Assembly (NCBI GenBank): GCA_964106915.2
Contig: OZ066917.1
Direction: 5' to 3' (one strand)
Source: Podarcis gaigeae
Lineage: Eukaryota
DNA: 64,000 nt
The notes beneath the pieces were generated by a model. It ran no database searches. It had not been told where the DNA came from and saw only the letters and a list, made by a program, of their open reading frames with translations. A program made the translations under genes and the position numbers. Below are positions 11,282 through 21,399 of the stretch, piece after piece. Each line of letters begins with the position of its first letter. Position 1 is the first letter of the stretch.

Positions 11282-13688
11282 TTCAGGGATCATTTCTAAA
11301 AAATATTTAATATTCTTTAATCATGAATGCTGGATTGGAGATACTTCAAACACATTCAGAAAAAAATAACTGCTTCCTTAACTGCATACAAGTTTGGAGT
11401 TAGGCTCAATGTTGAGCCTGAGCCTGTTATTTTATGATGGGATTTTTTGCAAAAAAGCAGATCACTAAAATAGTCAAATCACTTCCTTAGGTAAGTAACC
11501 TGTTCAGTATCTGCTTTGTAATAAAAACTGGGCAATGGGTTATCACAGAAACCAATTAGCTAAAGGTGGCATGCCATTCCTTGCCAACCTCTGGCTAGAG
11601 GTGTTGTCATTAGTGTGTGTGTATGTGTGAAAGAGAATTAAAAGAAACGAGCTGGACAGACACAGGGGCCTAATTTACTCTCTAAGAGAATTCAGAGCTA
11701 TGACTTTGGTGCCCTACTCAATACTTAATGGGGGAGCAAGATCTGCTGGAGTGTTGATGCTGTAAGCCTTGTATCACATGCTGCACTTGAATATATGTGT
11801 AGATAAACTGTATGTCATAGAAACATCATATGTCTCAAGTGTCTCAAATGCCCTTAATTCCAAGGAAACCCAATTTATGCACTAGGACCCCTGAAGCATT
11901 TCACCACTCAGAGATTGGGGGTTGCATAACTATCTTAAGTCATCTGAGTTTGCTGCTAATGTTTTCTTCCTTGCTGCAATCTTATTATAGGCTGCACTTT
12001 TGTATATCTCCTGATCTGTTATAATGGCTTTAGTTTGAAGGACACAGCACAGTACAAGAGACTGGACTGTATAACTTTTTATATTGCTTTTACTTCCACA
12101 TTTCTAAGATTTGATTCACATACATTCTTATATATCTATTGAAATCTCATCACTTGGTGTACACAGCTGAATATATTAACAGTCTCCACTGACCATGTTT
12201 TGTTAGGCATGATATGAAAACTCAGTTTAGTGGTTGGACTGTGTTGGGTATTTTCAGACACGGAAGTCAACACCTGGCATTGCAATAATCAATTTTCCTT
12301 TCACTGTGCTTAAATATGCATGTGTAGCCTGATCTTTGACTGAAATGGCTTGTCAAAATAGTAGTCTGAAACAACACATAAGGCTTATTCTGGTTTCTGC
12401 TTACAGTGCAAACCTCAAATGAAATTCCCAATTCACACTACGTAAGATTCTGCTGTGAGCTCTGTTCATTGAAACAACCGTGTGCCCAATGCACTTTATA
12501 GCAACCAGCCTTGACATCAAAAGTAATTACTGAGTGACAATGGCTGTAATCATATTCCCAGTTGTCAGGTATCATTTCCATTTGCTGGTTCCAAAAACAA
12601 TCAATAGAACCCAAAGTGATTCCAAATGTGTTTTTATTGGATAACTGTGCCAAATGAGAGCAAGCTTCAGGACTAAAAACTTAGTGGTACAACTTAGGGG
12701 TACAAATTAAAAGCTTACTAACCTTCATCATTATAATCACAATCATTTAGGATCATATCTGTATTTTTCTGAAACTCCCCTATTTTCATTTCCACCCTCC
12801 TTTCCCTTAATAGGTCATTCTCAATCTACTTCACCTAGTCTCCTTTATAGCTCAATTTTTATGACTTTCATTCTTTTACTTCCTTTCAATTACAGAAGTT
12901 TGTGCATCTATTTCAAGGGCAAAACTCTGATGGAAATACCAGAATCAAAACAATTTTCTCAAATGTCAGTGTTTTAGGTCATGTGAGATTATATATACAT
13001 ATTGAAAAATGTGTGGGGGCTCATATACATGTGTACATGCATGTATGTACATGTGTGTGCAAACATATAAATGCATCTTTAAGTCTGCGTTTGCTCATTT
13101 CAATATTCCAGTATGCTAGATATTCAAATCCCTCAAATTATTTTAATTACAGCATCGACCTTAAGATAATAGCACCATTCTTTCAATATGGCTGACTTTG
13201 TTGGGGCAGGGATTTCTTCTTTGAAAACTCACTTTTAATATATACAGGACTTTCAAGCTGACAGCCTTTCTAACTGCTGCATTGAAGTGAAGGGGCACAA
13301 AACAAAATTATCTCAGGATTGTCAAGAGCTACTTTGCCAGTTATAGCAAGTGACAAACATCAACCTCCTTTCCACACACCTTTTTAAAAAGTCTTATAGA
13401 GGGAGGAGAGCATTTAAAATTAACAATCTTTAATCGATTATGAAAGAGAAAACATTAAAAACAACAAGCTCTCACTATCCTGTCCACCAGGTGATAATGC
13501 ACAGAATACAATCCCCCTACTTGAACCATAGGTAGTTTATAGCCTTGACAGGTTTATTCTTCTTCTTAGGCATATAGGTTTTCTTTCAGGCTGTTAGTTG
13601 TTTTAAAAGATTTGCAAAGAGCATAGGTTAAAAGCAGGAAATCTTACAAGACAGAACTAAAATGCAAAAGAGGAAAACAATGACTTAC

Positions 13689-13801
13689 CCTCGTCTGTCT
13701 GATTCAGCTCTGGAAGGATATAGAGAACATGTTAAATTCATGTGGCTCTGCCGCCATATACCCCAGGGGACTCAAACTTTGCCCTTCCCGAGACATTGCA
13801 A
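13689..13801 (-). other. DRD3: Candidate 5' non-coding exon of DRD3
   Basis: Acceptor tttttcttgtattcttacatag| (AG at 13803-13802) and donor GAGG|GTAAGT (13689/13688). The DRD3 coding exon begins with an acceptor, so it needs an upstream exon. RE1 motif 150 nt upstream. Confidence 0.55.
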
Positions 13802-13950
13802 CTATGTAAGAATACAAGAAAAAATATTCCATATTTGCCTCAGAGATGTAGGACAGTGATCTAACAAGTCTGTACGTCACTTTGGACCTGATTTATATCC
13901 ATACATTTCCCATATGGCTTTCTGAAGATCTCAAAGACCAGCTGCTTGGT

Positions 13951-13971
13951 GTCTCTGTCCTTGGTGCTGAT
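13951..13971 (-). promoter_or_regulatory. RE1/NRSE (REST binding) motif
   Basis: Minus strand ATCAGCACCAAGGACAGAGAC vs consensus TTCAGCACCACGGACAGCGCC: 17/21, both half-site cores and canonical spacing intact. Confidence 0.8.
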
Positions 13972-14522
13972 AGAATAAGCTGCTGCTCCCTACCTCCTCT
14001 TCTCCTCCTCTTCATATTCCAGTTCTACAGCATCACCTCTCTGCCTTTCCTCTAACTTTATCAGCCTCTCTTACATACTGCTTGCTTTTCCTGCCAGTCT
14101 GTGCCTCTCAGATATCTTGGAAGCTGAAGCTGAATGTCTGTTGCCTTTGTCTTATTCATGCTATCCATGTGTTGACAATTTCAAAATCCATTAGGTGGAA
14201 TGTCATGCAGAATGCAAATTCAAAACATTAAGTGTTCTTGGAGGTGGGGGGAATAGTTAAAGTGAGGAGTAGTCTACTGAATGAACATTAGGTTTGGTTT
14301 TCACAGGCTGCTTGGGACCACAGACTAAAATCATACCGAGGTGGGATCAGGTGTGAATCCAATGAAGATGCTGCACTCTTATGAATTCTGAATCAGTTCT
14401 GCATGCTTACCAAGCACGATTCAGATTATTTTCCATGGTATTTTAAAGGGAGATGGCCTCACCAAGAAAAATGCTATCTGTAAAATCTTAACAACCGTTG
14501 AGGCCAGAGATTTAATATTAAT

Positions 14523-14693
14523 GGTGCTGTGTGGTAGAGCATGTAGTTTGCATGTGAAAGGTTCCAGGTTCAATCCCCAGCATCTCCAGGTACAGCTAGG
14601 AAATATTCCTGCCTAAAATGCTGGATAACTATTCACAGACAATATGAGCCAGATGGACCGATAATCTATATTGGTATAAGATAGCATCCTATG
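14523..14693 (+). mobile_element. tRNA(Ala)-headed SINE with CR1-like tail (Squam2-like)
   Basis: gtggtagagcatgtagtttgcatgtgaaaggttccaggttcaatccccagcatctcc head; homolog at 50438. Confidence 0.65.
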
Positions 14694-14781
14694 GAGCACT
14701 TAATAATAATAATAACAACAATAAGCCTTACTTGTGAATTCAAGACAGTTTTTTCTTATCTGAATGTTAGGCTATAATTTC

Positions 14782-15001
14782 ATTTGTAGTCATTTAGTCT
14801 TGTCCAACTCTTCGTGACCCCATGGACCAGAGCACGCCAGTCACTTCTGTCTTCCACTGCCTCCCGCAGTTTGGTCAAACTCATGCTGGTAGCTTCAAGA
14901 ACACTATCCAACCATCTCATCCTCTGTCGTCCCCTTCTCCTTGTGCCCTCCATATTTCCCAACATCAGGGTCTTTTCCAGGGAGTCTTCTCTTCTCATGA
15001 G
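14782..15001 (-). mobile_element. Bov-B LINE 3' fragment
   Basis: Minus ORF LMRREDSLEKTLMLGNMEGTRRRGRQRMRWLD...HGVTKSWTRLND. Confidence 0.92.
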
Positions 15002-15175
15002 TGTTTGCAAACAGTAGTAGAAACAGGATGATTTGATTGAAGAATTTGCTTTTAAATTTCAGAACACTTTATGAAAGAGCAAAGACCTGCTGAAAAAATT
15101 CTTTCGATGATTAAATTGCATGTGATACTTCACCCTACATGTAGCCTCATACCAGCACAATATGGCCTTTATGGA

Positions 15176-15200
15176 TGTGTGTGTGTGTGTGTGTGTGTGT
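15176..15200. repeat. (TG)n microsatellite
   Basis: Direct reading. Confidence 0.95.
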
Positions 15201-15417
15201 AACACAACCATCAAGCTCTAACCCAAGGTGCTGATTACATAACATCCAATCCCCATGTAATGTGATGAGGGGATAGTTTTGCTCAGACCCATCATACCAT
15301 TCACTTTTCATTTTAAAATATGAATCTATGTGCACCCTTACACGAGACACAGAGAATGCACAGCCACCAGAATCTCATAAAAATAAAGTGGGTGGGGGAA
15401 GAAAGGATTGATTAGAT

Positions 15418-15673
15418 CAGGGGTCAGCAACCTTTTTCAGTCATGGGCTGGTCCACCGTCCCTCAGACCATGTGGTGGGCCGGACTGTATTTTTTTTTTG
15501 GGGGGGGGAATGAACAAATTCCTATGCCCCACAAATAACCCAGAGATGCATTTTAAATAAAAGGACACATTCTACTCATGTAAAAACAGGCTGATTCCCG
15601 GACCGTCCGTGGGCCGGATTGAGAAGGCGATTGGGCCACATCCAGCCCATGGGGCTTAGGTTGCCTACCCCTA
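15418..15673. mobile_element. hAT-type MITE (same family as 6674-6927, opposite orientation)
   Basis: caggggtcagcaacc...ggttgcctaccccta; perfect 8-bp TSD gattagat. Confidence 0.88.
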
Positions 15674-16063
15674 GATTAGATGCAGCACTATGGGAGGGAA
15701 ATTTTCCACTGCTCTTTGCCACTTTAAAAATTAAAAGCAAAATTTAGATATTTTTTTCTTTTCTTTTTAATTTAAATTTAGAAGTTCTCAAAACAGCAAG
15801 GGCATGGAACGCATCATTAATGGTGTTATACATAAAACCTAATAAGTGCCTAGAACATCTGTGGACAATTATAATTGTAATGGTTTATTATCCAAGAAAG
15901 GCATAACATTTTCCTGTTACCAAATACACATCCAGTACTCAGAAGGTCATTGTAGCAGAAGTACATATGGAGTGAGTGTAACAAATGAATAGCCAATGTA
16001 CATTTATTATGATGAAATGGATTGGGCAAAAAGTTCTTATGAGCAATTAAGAATCAGTTAGAT

Positions 16064-16224
16064 CTAGGCTGGATCTAGACTCCATCAAAGAAGCGTTTCA
16101 GTTTAATAGCGTAAATTTAAACAGGGAAAACAGGTAGGGGGAAAACCGGCACGTCGCCATCTGGTGGCACAATGTTATATCACACATACAACAAATATAA
16201 ATATTTTTTTCTGTACCAGCCTAG
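16064..16224. mobile_element. Short MITE, possibly PIF/Harbinger-like, carrying the CTCF motif
   Basis: Terminal inverted repeat ctaggctgg (16064-16072) / ccagcctag (16216-16224). Confidence 0.5.
16153..16170 (-). promoter_or_regulatory. CTCF core motif
   Basis: Minus strand GTGCCACCAGATGGCGAC matches the CCASYAGRKGGCR consensus. Confidence 0.6.
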
Positions 16225-16749
16225 CTGAGTCCATGGATTAGAAATATAATTATTAGCTAAGAAGCAGCTATTGCTTTTAGGTTACATGCCAGAAAGGGAA
16301 ATTTAATGAAAGCTAGAAATTGAAACAAATTTGCAATATCTGAAACAATAATGGACAAACATTTAAAACTTACCTTACACTTTGGGGTACCAGATGCTGT
16401 TGAAGGTGAATTCTGGGCTGCAGTTAGGGTGTGCCTGTATCCACGTGGGTGTCATATTCCTGCATGCCCCTTAATGTAAAAATGACAACTCTCCATGTAG
16501 CAAACCAGCGTAGCCCCTTTCCTGGTGTGCTAGTTTACCACATGCAAGGAGCTCTTTACATGGAGGAGCATTCAAAAATATAACTCCCACTTGCAGTCTA
16601 AAGTGGTAATATGCAGAATGCAAGCCCCTCAACGTACCCCCCTCATACTGTATAATGTGAGAACGGTTCTTAGTTGCCTGATTACAATGGATTAGATATG
16701 GAGCCATGCAAACCACATGTAGCAAGGTGGGAATGAATAAAAATGAAAA

Positions 16750-17481
16750 TGTCCCAAATAGGCTTGAAGTGAACTCAACTTTATTGGCTGCGTTTTGTGG
16801 TGTTTTGGTATGACACAAGGCAGGGATCCAGTCACTGGCTTGCTGGCCAATGTCACTATCGAAACCCAACTGATGGAATAATGTTAAAGGGAGCTGAATG
16901 ATCTTCCCCAACCCAGTATGAACTACTATGGGTGTGGCTGTGCATGCTTTTGCAGCCTGGACATGTGGAGTCCATCCCAACCTCCTCAGCTGGGGTTGAG
17001 TCTTTGAACCCCAAGGCTCTTTAATCAATGTTAGTGTACATCAATAACCGCAAAGCAAATGTTGCTGTGAGGAAGGCAAAAATCTCACAGTGTTGGGCCC
17101 AGTTGTGGTGGGGGGTAAATTCCTTCCCAGCCCCATCAGCTATCAGCTACCCTCCATCTACCACAACAAGAACAGCTTGTTAACATAGACCAGGGCAGAG
17201 AAGTCAACATCAACAGTACCAAAGCCACAGAACCAGCCCTCTAAGGCTCAGGAGTGGACAAAAAAAAGCATACTGTGCCACCAATGAGCTCCCAAGGGTG
17301 GAGTTTTATTACACTTCTGCACCGCTGAGTAGCTATTCATGAGCCACCTGCTGTGTGCCCATTCCAATCAGAAGAACACTTATCCAAATCCACATGGGTG
17401 CACAAGTAGGGTCCTGGTTTAGGAAGGGACCCAGGACTTGCCACCACAGCTGAGCAGGTATTTCAGCCTTAGCCTCTCACA
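16750..17481 (-). mobile_element. Probable old solo LTR
   Basis: TGT...ACA termini. On minus: gattgg box near 17365, TAATAAAA near 17307, AATAAA at 16785-16780 about 30 nt from the end. No clean TSD. Confidence 0.4.
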
Positions 17482-18466
17482 GTTAAATGCAACACTAAGC
17501 CACATTGAGACCTAACACAAATGCATTGCTTCTTTGAGATACAATATTGTGATTTCTGAATAAAATAAAATTGAAGCAAAAAAGGAGACTTCCTCGGAGA
17601 TTTGATAAAGTTTTGCCTACGTGACTTTCCTAGCTGTATCAAATGGCATGTTTCTACTACTGTTTGCAAACACTCTTATTAATCTCAGTTTTCACCCTCT
17701 GTGTTGCTAGTTGTATTGAACAATCAGGTGGCATGGGCTTATATTTTAAATAATAACATATCTAAGTGAGGAGGACAGTGCTTGGTAAACAAGGGATGTG
17801 TTCTATATTGCTGTCATTCTATATTTGATCATTGTCCTCTTCTTCTGCCTTATGGCACCAGAGTTTGTGCTTCTTTGTGATACTTTTGTACTACAAACAA
17901 AACAAAACAAAACACCACACACACACACCCAAAAAACCCCAGATTCCAAGCCCATCTGAACATTTTCTTTAAAAGAACAGGTGTTCCAAATACTATACTA
18001 AGTGTCCTAGCTTTAAAAATGTGCACTGTTCCTCCAATGGATGCATCAAGAATTTTGATTAGCATTGTGGCAATTTAGAGAGTCAAGAGCAGGAGAATAA
18101 TGTGATGAGTTATTAATAGTTTACACAAATTATGTATATGAGCAGGTATGACCTAAAACTATCATCATCAGAAGTCTAAAGCCATTTGATGATAGGGGAA
18201 ACTAGGCAGTCACAGTAGCAAAAAGGGATAGTTTGCTGGTAGTTCACATGGGACTATGCAGGGACGATATTAAATCAGTTTTGGTGGCGCAATAGTTGAG
18301 AAGGGTGAATGGCAGATCTAAAATATGTTGTCTTTAAGTAATGAATTAAAAACCCAGCCTAAAATAGGAATAATTCTTTGTTCTTAGTTGTTTTTTTGTG
18401 TTATTTTCTAGCCTAGAGACAGAAAGGTTTAAAGGTGTAACACTAAACTATGGTTTAGCTCTACAT

Positions 18467-18602
18467 CAGGCTTCCTCAACCTTGGTCCTCCAGATGTTTT
18501 GAGACTGCAATTCCCATCGTCCCTGACCACTGGTCCTGCTAGCTAGGGATCATGGGAGTTGTAGGCCAAAAACATCTGGAGGGCCAAGGTTGAGGAAGCC
18601 TG
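18467..18602. mobile_element. Palindromic hAT MITE
   Basis: caggcttcctcaaccttgg...ccaaggttgaggaagcctg; perfect 8-bp TSD ctctacat. Confidence 0.92.
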
Positions 18603-20303
18603 CTCTACATGAACTAACTTATTCTTCTCCCGGTGTTGCACACTCCTTCTTTCTATCTCCTCTCCAGTATAACTGAGTTCAGAGGATTTTGCTTCTGCTT
18701 TTAGTTTACCACAATCCGTTAACTCATCTGCAATGGGTGGGAGCTGTGATTAAGGACAGCCCTCGTCAGGGATTCTTCATCCAAGTAAACATATAGTGGA
18801 GGGTTATGGGGATGAGTGTGACAGATGTGGTGCCCTCACCATTCCTTTTGCCCTCCTTGTGTTGAAAGCTGAACTTCTGAAGCAGGGAACCCCTTCTTAC
18901 TGATGAATGTTCCCCATGTGTTTTAGACCCCTTAAATGGTCTGAATGGTCTAAATTATCTTAAATGGTTAAACCTTAGGGCCTCCATTCCCCCCACAACT
19001 CAGTGGGGAATGACAGGAATATTGCAAAGGTTGGATCTAATCCCTATGTCCCTCTCTCATATGTCTACTTAAACTCTAGGAAAGAATGGCTAATTTAAAC
19101 AAGCCAACTTCATAAACCACAGTTTGAAGTTGACTTGATTGAAACTAACCACAGAGAGTTTGGAGAAAACACGAAATCTTGCTTGAGCAAAAGCTTCCAA
19201 ATTCCTCCTTCTGGCCATATAGGGAAACCAGATGGGACAAGGCAGTGCCTGAGTTCAGAGGTAGGCTAGACTTGTTCAAACCATGGTTTGTTGTTATGTA
19301 CAAACATACCCCAAAGATGATTACATACTACCCAAGCTACCACTGTAGCATAGTCTGTACTAAATAAGCTTAATGGTTTGTTTGCCTTTGGGAAGTGTTT
19401 TTTTAAAAATTTTATTTGCTATAGCTTTATCTGTATTCACATATATGAATTGCACAAAAGGGACAGGAAGCGAAAGCTGTTCTCTATTCAGGGTTGCTCC
19501 CTCAAGGACAACGTACAAGGTGAACAGCATGGCCAAAGTTTTTAATTGCCTGCATTTTACATGCTCCAGGATTTAATAGGATCTTTAGCTGTCAAAGATG
19601 TCAGAGCATTTCTAATATATTTAACAACAAAATCTGAACCGACAGTTTAATTCTTAACAGAAGCTGCTTGAAGCTGAGGAGCAGTGTTACACCCCTACAC
19701 TTTCTTGTGCCAAACAAAGGAAGAATATGTTGAATATTCTGCTTGGTTTCTTTTTAATGCAACGAAAGCTGGGCTTTACCAAGACAGCTAATGTCTGTCC
19801 TGCAAATCTCCATCCTTAAGAAAAGACTGGGATTTCCAACTGGTACAATGTGGTCCTTTAGAAGCGATAAAAAAATAGTAATTGTGAAATACCTGTACTA
19901 CTTTGTGTGCATTCTGATGGGACAAGACAAACAAAAGCTGGAATAGAAGAACCTTGCTAACACAGATTACTTAATGTGATACTGTAATGGTTCTGTCCTG
20001 TTGGAAAACTGTTCCACCTAAAATACTGCAGTCAGGTAATTGCAAGAGTCAGGATGCAGGCTCAGAATTCTGAAGAACTGAGATTTACAGAACTGGAATT
20101 CTCAATCGTGTTATCATATTCAGCTAAACAAATGGAGGAGTGAAAATAGAAGGTGACTCTGTGGGTTGTTTTAAGTCATGCAGGAAATCTGTGCCAGAAC
20201 CAAGAATAGAAACCACCTTTTTTTACTCTTAAAACCATCTTAGGAGAATTGTGATTGGTGAAGTCAGTTTTAAGTATGTTGCTGGTACTATATTAGTTAT
20301 GTA

Positions 20304-20877
20304 CTGTATTTTTCGCCCTATAGGACACACTTTCCCCCCTCCAAAATTGAAGGGGAAATCTGTGTGCATCCTATGGGGCGAATACGTATAGGCTTTCGCT
20401 GAAGCTTGGAGAGTGAGAGGGGTCAGTGCGCACCGACCCCTCTCGCTCTCCAGGCTTCAGGAAGCTATCAGCAAGCCTGGGGAGCCCACGGGAGTTCCCT
20501 CAGGGCTCCCTAGGTTGCGGATAGCAGCCTGCCGCCCGGCATGCGGGGCGCCCTGAAGCAGAGCGCCCCACGCACCGGGCAGACATCTGCAACCTGGGAG
20601 CCCTGCAGGAGTTCCCGCAGGGCTCCCTAGGCTGTGGATAGCAGCCTGCTGCATGGAGCACGGGGTGTGCTGAAGCAGAGTGCCCCGCGCTTCGGGCAGA
20701 CATCGGCCAGCCCCACAAGCTCGGGGGACAGCGGGGAGGCGGAGCGCCGCCATTCCGCTGTTCCCCGACCTAGTTTGGTTTCCCCAACCTGGTTTTGGGG
20801 GGGAAATAAAGGAAAAAATTGTTTCCTCCCCCCCCCAAAAAAAAAACTAGGTGCGTCCTATGGAACAAAAAATATGG
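20304..20877. mobile_element. Tc1/mariner (Tc2/pogo-like, CCGTA-ended) non-autonomous element with internal tandem hairpin repeat
   Basis: TA|ctgtatttttcgccctatagga...tcctatggaacaaaaaatatgg|TA; termini shared with 54648-55543. Confidence 0.8.
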
Positions 20878-21208
20878 TAGTTATAAAGCATTTTATGTGA
20901 ATTGGTTTTAATTATTTGTATTATATATTTTGTTTTGTTATATGTTACTGAGCAAAATACTGGGGGTAAATATATGTGTAATCACCCCTGAAGCTGTGGG
21001 ATAGAATGGAAGAAACCATTTGTCAAGAAACGCTAGCTTATGACTGAAAGAGGTCTGAATGCCTGTCTTGAGGGCAGAAATATCTTTCTGTCTGGATTAT
21101 GTGAAAAGCAGAAATGCTGACAAGGTTTTAGTCAAGCTAAGGCAATGCACCAGTGTGAAGGTTATGTTATTATTCCACACAGGTTATGTTGTTATTCCAC
21201 ACAGCTAG

Positions 21209-21399
21209 CATAGGAGCCAACTCCAAGGTCCTGAGGTCCCCCCCAAAGTATTTGAGGGGGCTGGGGTCCCCCACAGTTGATGGGCATTGCCATTCAGATG
21301 ATGTGCGTATGTTGTGTCTTGTGATAGATTTATGCAATATGCAGGGCTACCATCCCTGTTTCCTCCCCACCACCACCATATTTTAAGTTGGCACCCTTG
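21209..21399. mobile_element. hAT-type MITE
   Basis: cataggagccaact...agttggcacccttg; 8-bp TSD acagctag/gcagctag. Confidence 0.7.

Noticed and set aside
16471-17028. 185-aa minus-strand ORF
   Set aside because: Non-ATG start, no recognisable domain, and it straddles the edge of an LTR-like element.
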